DNA of 40,084 nucleotides from a virus (taxonomy: Duplodnaviria; Caudoviricetes): positions 1 to 40,084 of IMG/VR virus record IMGVR_UViG_3300020045_005414. The stretch is one strand, 5' to 3'. Numbering within the stretch: the stretch's first letter is position 1; the number at the start of each line of letters is the position of its first letter. The position numbers and the translations under genes were made by a program. This document shows, piece by piece, positions 15,911-25,492 of this stretch. Under the pieces are notes generated by a model that did not search any database, was not told where the DNA came from, and saw only the letters and a program-made list of their open reading frames with translations.

Positions 15911-16135
15911 TCATTTTTCTTTTTTATATTTTAACCAAACCATTAATACTCCAATTATTCCTATTATAAAATCCTGTGCAATATCCGTTTTAAATATTTC
16001 CTCAGTTCTAAATATTATCTTTTCAACTAAGCAGTAAAACAAAATTACGTAAAAAATCAAAAACAAATGATTCTTTTCTTTGGTAATCCAAATGCATAAA
16101 ATAGCTGATATTAATATGTAGAGTAAGTAAATCAA
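15911..16135 (-). CDS. small membrane protein
   Basis: 74 aa, about three TMs. Confidence 0.7.
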   Translation of the reverse strand: MIYLLYILISAILCIWITKEKNHLFLIFYVILFYCLVEKIIFRTEEIFKTDIAQDFIIGIIGVLMVWLKYKKEK

Positions 16136-16455
16136 TCGTTATCTATTTCGTAATCTGTTGAAATTGTACCGTAATTTACACCAGATTCTAAACCACTTAA
16201 AAAAGCATCTTTCAGTACATTGGTTAGTTCTATCTTTAAATCGCCACTAGCCGAAATATCAGCCCATAATTTAAACAATGATATTCCACTCATTGGGATC
16301 GCTTGTAAATTTGCATCTAAGTAGTAAAAATATCCGTTACCTAATAAATTATTAGTATCGAATGACCCACCGTTAAGAATAACTCTTATTGTCTTTTGTT
16401 CAATTCCTTGTGTGGTTTGAACGCCAAATTCTGTTTTTGTTTTTAGTTTTAGCAT
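16132..16455 (-). CDS. hypothetical tail-associated protein
   Basis: 107 aa directly downstream of the fibre-like genes. Confidence 0.6.
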   Translation of the reverse strand: MLKLKTKTEFGVQTTQGIEQKTIRVILNGGSFDTNNLLGNGYFYYLDANLQAIPMSGISLFKLWADISASGDLKIELTNVLKDAFLSGLESGVNYGTISTDYEIDND

Positions 16456-16459
16456 AGTT

Positions 16460-17209
16460 TTATTTATAATGTGTTTGATAATAACTTATGTCCGATGATG
16501 TTAGCGAATTATTAAAAAAATAAACTTCGTCTATAGATCCAATAAAACGAGTTGATGCACTATCACCAGTGAAACAACTCCCAATTCTAACTGGTAGCGT
16601 CCCGTTTGACATTCCTGTATATGACCCTCCTGAGTTAGTTGTGCTTTGCAGTACTCCGTTCAAATAAATTTTCATCCCCGATTGTAATTCAGATCCATCA
16701 TATGTTATAATTAAATTATACCAGGTATTAAGCGATATTGAATTAACACAAACTATACCGATAAAATTAGCAGAACCGTCCACTAAAAAGAAACGTATTT
16801 TACCGGAAACTATATCTACTCTATATTCGTCACCTACAGCTAAACCGCTTGAGTTTTTTGTAATTAAAAAAGGGTTTGCGTTGGCTGTTGTTTGTTTAAA
16901 ATTTAATTTAAAAGAGAAAGGCAAATCACTTGCACCGTTTGTAAAACTAAAAACGTTGTTATCAGCTATGTTAACGTAATTATTTGCAGCGCCACTTATG
17001 ATTATACAATTACCGTCAACTCCAGTAGTGTAAGTCGCAGGGGTAAATGTTCCGTTTAGTCCAGATGTACCGTCTATTACATTATTTTCAAATTTATAAG
17101 AGGCAAAAGGTGTTGATATTCTTTTTTTTCCATACTCGTAAAAAGCAACTGGATTAAATTGTCCAAATCCAATAAAAGGAAGCAGTAATAAAAATAAAAA
17201 CTTTTTCAT
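16460..17209 (-). CDS. LamG/ConA-like lectin domain protein with a signal peptide
   Basis: ISLNTWYNLIITYDG...KIYLNG...FIGSIDEVYFFNNSLT; N-terminus MKKFLFLLLLPFIGFG|Q. Confidence 0.88.
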   Translation of the reverse strand: MKKFLFLLLLPFIGFGQFNPVAFYEYGKKRISTPFASYKFENNVIDGTSGLNGTFTPATYTTGVDGNCIIISGAANNYVNIADNNVFSFTNGASDLPFSFKLNFKQTTANANPFLITKNSSGLAVGDEYRVDIVSGKIRFFLVDGSANFIGIVCVNSISLNTWYNLIITYDGSELQSGMKIYLNGVLQSTTNSGGSYTGMSNGTLPVRIGSCFTGDSASTRFIGSIDEVYFFNNSLTSSDISYYQTHYK

Positions 17210-17210
17210 A

Positions 17211-18920
17211 TTAGTAGTTGTTTATTGCTAAATAATCAGTTGTTCCATTACTCCATAATGTCGCTGTACTTCCCGCTATCCCGTTAAAAACTGCTGTCCC
17301 GCTTAGCTGCACCAAAGTTCGCCCCGAACCTTGAACGAATGTAATTGCACCCGTTCCTACTTTACCGTATGAAGTTGTTACTCCTCCGTTACAAGTCAAG
17401 TTAATTGCATTTACTCCGTTGTCAATAACTACGTGTCTACCATCTTGCCTGATACCATTAGCGTCAAGCGTTGCGGTTGTAATGCTTATTGAAGTGGTTA
17501 TTGTTATTTTAGTTGTATTGGTGTCTATTGCATTGGCTGTTATGTTTCCAGCGGATGAGATAGCCGCTTTTTCAACTACTCCAAAATTAAACGAAGCTAT
17601 TTTTGATCCGTTTACAGTTCCCGCATACAAGCCTATAGACTGATCTGATATTCCAGATATGCCCGTATTACTGTAAGAATATCCATAGACGCCTGTTCCC
17701 GCGCTAGCTAAAAACTCAGCCCCTCCATTCCTTGTCAGCGTTGCTGTTTTAGAATTCCCAGCAGGTACTGCGGTGCCTTTATACCAAAAGTTTGAAGTGT
17801 CTGACGTGACCGCTTTAGTTATATAAATAGAACCGTTATACACCCATGTGCTAGCATCTGTTCCAATATATAGGTTTGCTGTATCCGTTTTTAAAGCATT
17901 ATCGTTTACTGTCGGAGGATTTTCTAAGTCAAATATTGTTGCGCTGTTTGGGTTGGTGTTGTTTACATACACAATTTTTGAGTAGTTTACAGGGATTGAA
18001 GCGAGCAAGTTGTTTAAAGCTTCGGTTGTTGTCTGCCCATCAACATCACTTAAATTTTGAACTCCAGAAGTATTTAAAGTTACTGGCACATCTAAAAATG
18101 AATTATATGAAGTCCCGTAGTATACGCTTTGAGTTATGTTTGAAGCTGTTGTGCCTACTTTTTCAGCCGATACATGGTAACGTATTCTTTGTCCTGATAG
18201 CATAGATAAACCGCCTGCTCCTACAGTTCCAGAAACTTGAACGTTTGTAACGCTTCCGTCCGCTAATGTTAATAATCCTGAGTCAAGAATCGTTATTGTA
18301 GTCACTCCTAAATCGCCAACTACTGCGCCACTAACTCCAGAAGCTATCGGAGTGCCCAAATTATCGCATTTGTATAATTCTACAGTCCATCGTTGTTGCG
18401 CTGAATTTGGAGTAGTACTTGCTGATAAGTTTCCTGCGTAAGTCCCTGGAGGAAATAACACATCTGTTGCAAAAGCTGCTCCTATTAAATCCTGTGTATA
18501 ATACTTTTTTTGGTTATCATCATTTACAACACTTTGAATCGCGCTCGCTGCCGTTCCTTTACTTGTTGGATTGGTAGCATAGTAATTAATAGCCGAAACT
18601 ACAGTAACATCAGCAGTCCACCAAACCCTAGTGGAAATACCCGCAGTTGTTGCTGTAACCGCAGCAAATTTATTATCAATTCCTGTTAAATGCCCTCCTA
18701 ATGTTGGAGATGATACCGTGTAATTTGCAGGCGTCAAAGGAATAGGAATATTTACAGGTTGTAGCCAATTGATTAAACCCGATGTTTCCTGTGCTGGTAT
18801 TTTGTTTGCTGTCGTACTCTCTACATTGGTCTTCAATGTAAGAGTTCCATACGTTGGATTTTGATATGTTTGACCGTAAATTGATACGGTACACAATAGT
18901 AAAAATAATATCTTTTTCAT
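17211..18920 (-). CDS. tail fibre/receptor-binding-like protein with a signal peptide
   Basis: T/G/S/N-rich beta composition, fibre-type repeat VQNLSDVDGQTTTEALNNL, QxGTGxITF-like C-terminus; N-terminus MKKILFLLLCTVSIYG|Q. Confidence 0.75.
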   Translation of the reverse strand: MKKILFLLLCTVSIYGQTYQNPTYGTLTLKTNVESTTANKIPAQETSGLINWLQPVNIPIPLTPANYTVSSPTLGGHLTGIDNKFAAVTATTAGISTRVWWTADVTVVSAINYYATNPTSKGTAASAIQSVVNDDNQKKYYTQDLIGAAFATDVLFPPGTYAGNLSASTTPNSAQQRWTVELYKCDNLGTPIASGVSGAVVGDLGVTTITILDSGLLTLADGSVTNVQVSGTVGAGGLSMLSGQRIRYHVSAEKVGTTASNITQSVYYGTSYNSFLDVPVTLNTSGVQNLSDVDGQTTTEALNNLLASIPVNYSKIVYVNNTNPNSATIFDLENPPTVNDNALKTDTANLYIGTDASTWVYNGSIYITKAVTSDTSNFWYKGTAVPAGNSKTATLTRNGGAEFLASAGTGVYGYSYSNTGISGISDQSIGLYAGTVNGSKIASFNFGVVEKAAISSAGNITANAIDTNTTKITITTSISITTATLDANGIRQDGRHVVIDNGVNAINLTCNGGVTTSYGKVGTGAITFVQGSGRTLVQLSGTAVFNGIAGSTATLWSNGTTDYLAINNY

Positions 18921-18921
18921 G

Positions 18922-19584
18922 TTATATAATTTGAATTAATGTTCCTGATGGTATAACAAAGCTAAATGTTATATCCGAACCTGATTGAACCCAGTCTGCT
19001 TTAACCATTGGTACTCCGCCCCAAAAAACCATCCTAGCAAGTGCTGTTGTGCCTATATCGTAAATCGTTCCCACTCCGTCCGCTGTTAATTCAAGCCCTA
19101 TTGGAACAGAAGAAAAATTTGAAAATAAATAATTTAAAGCAACCGTAACATTTAGACCTGGGACAATTGAATTGTTTACTACATTATCACTTTCTATTAC
19201 GGGAAATAAAGATTCATCAGTCCAAACAAATCCGTCCCATTGCCATAATTTTACAGGTAAATCATCAACATCTAACTGCATATAAAAATCAGCGTAATTA
19301 TATGTAGGCGGAGGTGTTACGTTCGGGTCATCTATCCCTGTATAAAGTTGAACTCCGTTATTTACTAAGTCATCAAAATTAGTCTTTAACGAATTTATTG
19401 CAACTACAATGTTGTCAATTTCATCAGTCGTTAAATCATCTAAATCACCAATTGTATTATTGGTAAAATCTGTCATTAACTCCAAAATTGGATTTAATAT
19501 ATTTGCTGTAATATCATTATTGCCATTGGCTACAATGTACGTATTTATTTGTGTTAATACTTCTGCATAGGTTGGTGTAGCCAT
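18922..19584 (-). CDS. minor tail/fibre-anchor protein
   Basis: Acidic, 220 aa; IVANGNNDITA N-terminus; repeat VVNNSIVPGLNVTVALNYL. Confidence 0.6.
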   Translation of the reverse strand: MATPTYAEVLTQINTYIVANGNNDITANILNPILELMTDFTNNTIGDLDDLTTDEIDNIVVAINSLKTNFDDLVNNGVQLYTGIDDPNVTPPPTYNYADFYMQLDVDDLPVKLWQWDGFVWTDESLFPVIESDNVVNNSIVPGLNVTVALNYLFSNFSSVPIGLELTADGVGTIYDIGTTALARMVFWGGVPMVKADWVQSGSDITFSFVIPSGTLIQII

Positions 19585-19586
19585 TA

Positions 19587-20210
19587 CTAATAATTATTAA
19601 AGTCATTATTAAAATCATCATTGAAATCTCCGTGAGGAACAAACACAACGTCTTCAAACAAATTATCGAAGTCATCCGCACCACCTTCATAAATAAAGGG
19701 CAATTCATCCTCCAAAGCATCTTGTAAAGATTGAAGTTTTATAATTGCACCTCCTCCAGAATTTTGAGCATCATAAGTATAATTATCTGTTGTCATTCCA
19801 TACTCAAATCCAAAAACTTCAACAGTTCCGTCATACATTTGTAAAGCAACAAAGTAATCAGCATAATCCAATTGTTTCAAAGTGCATTTAACCATTTCAG
19901 AAACACCAAGAATATTAATTGTTACGCTGTGTAAATATTGAGGTATTCCATTAATAACTGACTTTTGAACCACTCCAAAAATTGTAGTTGAATTTTCAGA
20001 AGTAGAAAATAAAAAACCGTGTAAATCTGGTTTTAAATTAAAAATTACTTTATATCTACATTCGTAAACATCTTCAATTGAAACCGTACTGGTTAGAATC
20101 TGCTTATTTAATACATCGGCACGATTAACCAAAACAGCCTGTTGGTAGTAATTTTTTACAATATTACCACAAGATAAATCAAGTCCGTTTCTTAGTGTTT
20201 CGCAACTCAT
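19587..20210 (-). CDS. tail-tube-like protein (paralog of 22462..23067)
   Basis: Collinear similarity: YQQ.VL.N.AD, DGTVEV.GFE.G.TT..(F/Y)TYD.Q..GGG; DFN repeats at the C-terminus. Confidence 0.7.
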   Translation of the reverse strand: MSCETLRNGLDLSCGNIVKNYYQQAVLVNRADVLNKQILTSTVSIEDVYECRYKVIFNLKPDLHGFLFSTSENSTTIFGVVQKSVINGIPQYLHSVTINILGVSEMVKCTLKQLDYADYFVALQMYDGTVEVFGFEYGMTTDNYTYDAQNSGGGAIIKLQSLQDALEDELPFIYEGGADDFDNLFEDVVFVPHGDFNDDFNNDFNNY

Positions 20211-20803
20211 TATTTATTTACATTTCTTGATTTAAAACCGTAGCCCTTTGCTTTTGTTGAACCGCATTTATCAGAACCACAACCGCATTTATCGGTTTGA
20301 CAATGTGAGTAATCGAATATTTCAGTATTTTGGCAAATATATCTAACCGTTCTATCAAAAGATATTTTACCCATCGTTCTGTACTTATCAGCAAACAATT
20401 CCAATTCTTTTAAAGCTTTTGGAATTGAAAATTCATTAGTCTTTTGGACTAATCCGTTTGGCGTATCTGAGTACCCATTTAAGATAACGTAACGAGAATA
20501 TGAATAGTAGGTAAGTATTTTGTAAACACCATCAAAAGGACGTTGTTTTTGAGAACAGTCTAAATAAATACCTCCATATAATAAAGCGTACTTTTCATTG
20601 TAGTTTTCTGGAATAGGCAACTCGGGGTCGTCGATATAAGCTTGCACCTCCGCATCTATTTGCTCTATAGTAATCCAAAAATCACAAAACAATTCTGCCA
20701 AATCAAAGTTTGAAGCTTCGTTTTCGGCAATGCATAGTTTTGATAAGTCGCAATGTTTAGCAACTATTCCAATGCAGTTATACTGAAGGGGTAATAAGTT
20801 CAT
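20210..20803 (-). CDS. putative head-tail adaptor
   Basis: Follows the portal; L.YYSYSRY......TPNGLVQK helical pattern. Confidence 0.6.
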   Translation of the reverse strand: MNLLPLQYNCIGIVAKHCDLSKLCIAENEASNFDLAELFCDFWITIEQIDAEVQAYIDDPELPIPENYNEKYALLYGGIYLDCSQKQRPFDGVYKILTYYSYSRYVILNGYSDTPNGLVQKTNEFSIPKALKELELFADKYRTMGKISFDRTVRYICQNTEIFDYSHCQTDKCGCGSDKCGSTKAKGYGFKSRNVNK

Positions 20804-21974
20804 CGTCTAAGTTTAAATCGATTATCGGAATAATTTTGCAAGTAAATCCTAAGTAAGTCAAAGTGTCTTCAATCTCTTTTCTCTCGTCTTGAGTTTGCTC
20901 TGTATAAAACTTTTTCATTTCTAAATAAGTTTCAGATTGCGTGCCAAAAATTGAAGTATCAGATTTCACCAATTGAGCAGGAATATTATTTGCTGCTGCG
21001 TAAATATTATCTCTTAAAGTTACTTTGGTTTCAGAAAACAACTTGTCGTCAATTTCGGCTTTTACTTGACCAACTTTGAACATTTTATCAATGTCGTCAG
21101 TAGCTCCAATTGATAAATGATACGTTCCACCTATATTCTCAGAACCTAACCATTTTGTAATATCTTCCTGTACGGTATCTTCTTGATCTTCATCAAGACC
21201 AGCAGTAATAACGTAAGTCTTTCCTAAAAAACCAGTTCTTACTTGACGATTAGTATACATTGAAATTCTACTTTCAGAATCTAAGTCATTATACACCGCG
21301 TCGAAAGGCGATAGCGCATATTTAAACTCAGGCGTCATATTCAAATAATAAACTTGACCTCTGTAATATGGTAACATATCTGATAATGTAGTATCTTCTG
21401 TTATTACTCCTTCATTTTCAATAAAGTCAAACTCTATCTGTTGTCTTATGACTAACGGATCGGGATTGTATGGATAGAACCAAACAGCTTGCTTTTCAGA
21501 TTTATTCCAACTTCTACCTTCAGCGCAATAATCTTTAAACCAATATTTAGTTACATATTCGTTATCGTCTTCTTTGCCTATTCGTGTTTTGGTATATTCT
21601 AAAACATCTAAAACAGGCTTTAATTGTAAATCACCTACAATAATTTGCCCAATATGTAAAAAAGAGCCATTTTGTCTAGCTACATTTGAAGAAACTATTT
21701 TTACAATTTTAGATAGTTTGTACTTTTTATCAGGATTTACAATTTCATCATTTATAACACCAATTCCCGAAATGAATTTAGCCATCATTTTAGAAGCATT
21801 CTTTCCAGAAGGGCTATTTAAAATTGCTAATTCAATTTCATTAGGATAAAGATTGTTTTCGCCATTGTAATAAATAGAATCGTCCTTATCAGCATTTAGT
21901 TTAACTATACGCGAATAAAGCTCGACAAATTTAGCTCGCCACTTTCCGACAAAACTTTTTTTGTTGTTATCCAT
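20778..21974 (-). CDS. portal protein
   Basis: 398 aa; NGENNLYP....L...SPSG N-terminal motif; NIYAAANNIPAQLV. Confidence 0.75.
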   Translation of the reverse strand: MDNNKKSFVGKWRAKFVELYSRIVKLNADKDDSIYYNGENNLYPNEIELAILNSPSGKNASKMMAKFISGIGVINDEIVNPDKKYKLSKIVKIVSSNVARQNGSFLHIGQIIVGDLQLKPVLDVLEYTKTRIGKEDDNEYVTKYWFKDYCAEGRSWNKSEKQAVWFYPYNPDPLVIRQQIEFDFIENEGVITEDTTLSDMLPYYRGQVYYLNMTPEFKYALSPFDAVYNDLDSESRISMYTNRQVRTGFLGKTYVITAGLDEDQEDTVQEDITKWLGSENIGGTYHLSIGATDDIDKMFKVGQVKAEIDDKLFSETKVTLRDNIYAAANNIPAQLVKSDTSIFGTQSETYLEMKKFYTEQTQDERKEIEDTLTYLGFTCKIIPIIDLNLDDELITPSV

Positions 21975-22459
21975 TATTTTTTAGCTTTACGACCTCTTTT
22001 TTTTACTCCAATTACAGGGGATGGCTCTTGCGTCAATTCAAATACTTTTTTAGCTTCTTTTTCTATATCTAAAACTTTTGTTTCTTCAACAGGAAAATTA
22101 AACAACTTTTTACGTTCTGAAATCTCTTCCGAAGTTCCATTAGAAATGTATTCTTTTATAAAAGCATCGGTTAAAATATTGTCGTATTGTCGGTACGTTC
22201 TGCCGTCTTTCTTATAAGCTAATATTTTGCCTTGCTGTCTTTTAATTGAAATTGTGTTCATAGAATTTACTTTTTGTAAAGTTACATATTTCTTTGAATA
22301 TTTGGAAACTAATTTTTGCCAATCAGTCGCAAAAGAACATCCTGCACAATTTGGTAAAAACCCAAATGTTTCTTTAAAATACTCTAGGTACAAAGACATA
22401 AGGTTAGAATCTCTCCTAACCTTATACTTATCAATCAATATTAATTCTTCAACTGTCAT
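21974..22459 (-). CDS. hypothetical protein (CxxC, basic tail)
   Basis: 161 aa; CAGC; KKRGRKAKK C-terminus. Confidence 0.75.
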   Translation of the reverse strand: MTVEELILIDKYKVRRDSNLMSLYLEYFKETFGFLPNCAGCSFATDWQKLVSKYSKKYVTLQKVNSMNTISIKRQQGKILAYKKDGRTYRQYDNILTDAFIKEYISNGTSEEISERKKLFNFPVEETKVLDIEKEAKKVFELTQEPSPVIGVKKRGRKAKK

Positions 22460-22461
22460 AA

Positions 22462-23067
22462 TTAAACACTTGGAGCGCCATTATCAAAATTTGAATCAAA
22501 ATCTGCATTCTCAGAACCAGGAGGGGTTGAGTTATAAACTAATGGTACATAATTCTCAGGCGCAATATCTAAGGAAGATAAAACAATTGCAGTACCTCCG
22601 CCACCTTCTTGAACATCATAAGTGAAGTCTCCAGTAGTTAGTCCATTTTCAAAACCGTAAACTTCAACAGTTCCATCGGTAAATTGGTAAACAGCAACGT
22701 ATTTACCTTTACTCAAAGAATCCAAAATACATTTTGCTTCTTCTGTAGAGCCTACAATAAGAATTTGAGCATTATGTTTGTATTGTGGGAAACCTAAATC
22801 AGATAATGTTTTGTCAAAATATCCTTTGTAAGAGCTTCCGCTTTCTGGTCCAGTAAATCTAAATCCTGTTTTACCGTCTTTTAAAGCGAATTGAACGCTG
22901 TATTCACATGTTAAACTTTCCGCATCAGGAACTGATAAAACAACTGATTCCGTGTCTATATCCGCTTTGTTAATCAATACTACTTGTTGGTAAAATCTAC
23001 GGGCAGGAGCTACACAAGAAGCATCCTGACCGTTTTTCAATGTACCGCATATACTTGCTACTGCCAT
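22462..23067 (-). CDS. major tail tube protein (putative)
   Basis: 201-aa acidic beta-rich protein right after the capsid gene. Confidence 0.65.
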   Translation of the reverse strand: MAVASICGTLKNGQDASCVAPARRFYQQVVLINKADIDTESVVLSVPDAESLTCEYSVQFALKDGKTGFRFTGPESGSSYKGYFDKTLSDLGFPQYKHNAQILIVGSTEEAKCILDSLSKGKYVAVYQFTDGTVEVYGFENGLTTGDFTYDVQEGGGGTAIVLSSLDIAPENYVPLVYNSTPPGSENADFDSNFDNGAPSV

Positions 23068-23085
23068 TTTTTTAGTTTTTTAAGA

Positions 23086-24156
23086 TTAAACACTTGGAGA
23101 AGCTGTTTCTGCTCCAATGTAAACGTATTCATTAGTAACTAATGCAGATCCAACGTTTGCGCCACCTTTGATATAAATTTGGTCGTTGTCTTTAGAGTAC
23201 CAAATATCAAAAGCTGGCAATTGGTCAAGTTCAGAAGTACCGATTAAAATATTTCCTTCGCTTGTCAATAATGCTCTGTACGGATTACCCAACGCAAAAG
23301 TTGAAATAATACCGTCAAATTCTCTGTGGACATGTACAGGAATACCGAAGATTTTCAACATTGCGTCAATAGAATAAGTTCTTTGAGCAGTTAAACCGTC
23401 AGCAGAGAAACACTCGCAATTGATTCCTGTTCTATCTCCCATTGAATTTAACCAAGCTACAAGAACACTTGCCATCGCTTGTGTCATTTCAAAACGAGCT
23501 GTTGCAGGATTAAACCAAGGCTGTACTGAAGCATACAAATAAGCCTCTGTTAAGTAGTCATACAGCGCTGGTCCAGTCAATCCTGTTCCTGCTGTATTTT
23601 CAGTTACTTCAATTTTGTAACCGTCCATTGCTTCAGCTTGAGTAAAAATACCATCTGCCCCTTCTAAGTAATCATTTGAACTTGCAGAATCTGCAAACCA
23701 AACTCTACGCCAAATAGCAGCCTTAAGGTTGTTTTGAAACAATTCAACAATATACTGCAGCAATGCGCTGTTTAAGTCTGCATCGCCAAAAACTCTTTTG
23801 TATTGATTCCAGAACAATAAGAAGTTCTCATCGAATGAATTTATACAAATTGGAATTTTACATGCAATCATTGACAACTCCCAAGCTTTAACCGCATATC
23901 CTAAATCCAAATCACATGAAGGGATTGAACAGTCATTTGCGTTTTTTACAGGGAATGAATCGTACTTTGGAGCTTTAGAAAGAATTGGAATTAAATTTCC
24001 TGTTCTTACTCCTGTGATTACTTGGTGACCTTCCGCGATATCCCCAACCTCAAATGCGCTTTGAAAAACGGCATTATTGATATTGATTTTTTCAGCTGTT
24101 ACAAGGTCGTCAACTAATGCTAATATAGCTGTGTCGAAATTTGATGTTATTGCCAT
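23086..24156 (-). CDS. major capsid protein
   Basis: 356 aa after protease/scaffold; W..D...DGIF, KIFGIPV, NILIGT...FDIWYSKD pattern. Confidence 0.85.
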   Translation of the reverse strand: MAITSNFDTAILALVDDLVTAEKININNAVFQSAFEVGDIAEGHQVITGVRTGNLIPILSKAPKYDSFPVKNANDCSIPSCDLDLGYAVKAWELSMIACKIPICINSFDENFLLFWNQYKRVFGDADLNSALLQYIVELFQNNLKAAIWRRVWFADSASSNDYLEGADGIFTQAEAMDGYKIEVTENTAGTGLTGPALYDYLTEAYLYASVQPWFNPATARFEMTQAMASVLVAWLNSMGDRTGINCECFSADGLTAQRTYSIDAMLKIFGIPVHVHREFDGIISTFALGNPYRALLTSEGNILIGTSELDQLPAFDIWYSKDNDQIYIKGGANVGSALVTNEYVYIGAETASPSV

Positions 24157-24158
24157 TT

Positions 24159-25202
24159 TTATTTAGTTTTTTGTCTGTTAAGGTTTGCGATAGCTCCAGA
24201 TAATTTGCTTGTTTTTTCAACTTCTACATTTTTAGGAGCTTGTTTGTTAGATGTTGGCGCAGCTTTAGAACTTGCTTTATATCCTGCAATTAAAGCAAGA
24301 TTAGCTTTGTTCTGAGCATCCAATTCAACAGCTTTGTTTGATACCGATTCTAATTGTTCAGTTAATAAAGCAATTGTTGCGTTTGCTTCTGCTAATGCTT
24401 CATCATTCGTGTCTGTTTCATCTTCTGATTGAATTTCAGTAAGTTCTCCTGCAATGAAAACATAAGTTTCTCCATCAGGCATAATAAAGCTACCGTCAGC
24501 ATCCATACCATCATAGTAAGCTTTGTCTCCAACTGCTACAACGGCATCGTCAGCCAATTCATAAAAGTCTAATTCTTTCCCGTCAGCCGAAGTGACTAAC
24601 TTATTTTGAAAAGAACCGAATAATTTTGCCACTTTGTTTAATATGGCTTCTGTTCGTTTATTCATTTGTTTTTTATTTGTGTTAGTACTATTATATTTTG
24701 CCACCGCGATATATTCTTTTATTTCTAATCCGAATTTTTCAAGCTCTTGATTAGTCATCATTCTATCCTGTTTCATTAATGAAATAGCTTCGTCGTAAGA
24801 AAAATTAGTTTCTGAAGCGTATATGTTCGCTATTTTAATTTCTTCGTCTTTAAGGACTTTAAGCGCCTCCATTAAATCCTCAGCATATCCCCCAGCGTCT
24901 ACACTAGGCATGTGTATCAAAACATTGTTTTGAGTATAAGCATATCTTTGTCCTTTTTTTCCCGCCAACATTATTACGCTTGCAATAGAAGCTACCATTC
25001 CAACGGCAACTGTTTCAACTCCTTGTGATAAAGACTTTAAATAGTTGTAAATAGCGCGACCCTCATAAATAGATCCTCCTGGAGAATGTATGTTTACAGT
25101 CAGAATTTTGGAATTGTCAGTATTTTTAACAGCATCCACAACACTTTGTAGTGTTATTTCTACCCCAACCTCTCCTATTAAATATATTTCGTTGCTATGC
25201 AT
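24159..25202 (-). CDS. ClpP-type prohead protease fused to a scaffold-like region
   Basis: NIHSPGGSIYEG, VASIASVI, LIHMP; DG......DGET repeats and a coiled-coil C-terminus. Confidence 0.9.
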   Translation of the reverse strand: MHSNEIYLIGEVGVEITLQSVVDAVKNTDNSKILTVNIHSPGGSIYEGRAIYNYLKSLSQGVETVAVGMVASIASVIMLAGKKGQRYAYTQNNVLIHMPSVDAGGYAEDLMEALKVLKDEEIKIANIYASETNFSYDEAISLMKQDRMMTNQELEKFGLEIKEYIAVAKYNSTNTNKKQMNKRTEAILNKVAKLFGSFQNKLVTSADGKELDFYELADDAVVAVGDKAYYDGMDADGSFIMPDGETYVFIAGELTEIQSEDETDTNDEALAEANATIALLTEQLESVSNKAVELDAQNKANLALIAGYKASSKAAPTSNKQAPKNVEVEKTSKLSGAIANLNRQKTK

Positions 25203-25279
25203 TGATTTTAAGTTTGGTATAAAATTAAATCATAAAATACATCAATGTATTAAAAAAGATTGCTATAATATTTAAGCAT

Positions 25280-25308
25280 AAAAAAACCGACACGTTATGT
25301 ATCGGTTT
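25280..25308 (-). terminator. intrinsic terminator upstream of the head operon
   Basis: aaaccgatac/gtgtcggttt stem plus U-tract on minus. Confidence 0.75.
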
Positions 25309-25339
25309 AATTCTCCTTTCTTTTTAAATTACGAAATGA

Positions 25340-25492
25340 TTATTGCTTTGTAAATTTAGTTAAAAAATTTTCAATATCAGCATGAGTGATATTTTTTTTG
25401 TTCACGTCATTAATTAATGTTTCTTTTCGTTCCTTGCTTAGTAAATAATTGCCAAATGCAATTAAATCTTTTCTGTTAAAATACGTTACCAT
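25340..25492 (-). CDS. 50-aa hypothetical protein (not in ORF track)
   Basis: Hand-translated [23 protein letters not shown]...ITHADIENF... Confidence 0.7.
   Translation of the reverse strand: MVTYFNRKDLIAFGNYLLSKERKETLINDVNKKNITHADIENFLTKFTKQ

Noticed and set aside
16460-18920. Diversity-generating retroelement targeting the fibre genes
   Set aside because: No reverse transcriptase and no adenine-mismatched template/variable repeat pair was seen.
22440-23099. Programmed frameshift at the shared capsid/tail-tube 3' end (CCAAGTGTTTAAT)
   Set aside because: No canonical X XXY YYZ slippery heptamer before the stop and no Ig-like extension ORF; better explained as the PSV tag.
14130-25345. Putative short RNAs at ~14135-14186 and ~25280-25345 as trans regulators of the four leaders
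   Set aside because: Neither contains any of the four 7-nt loop sequences or their complements.
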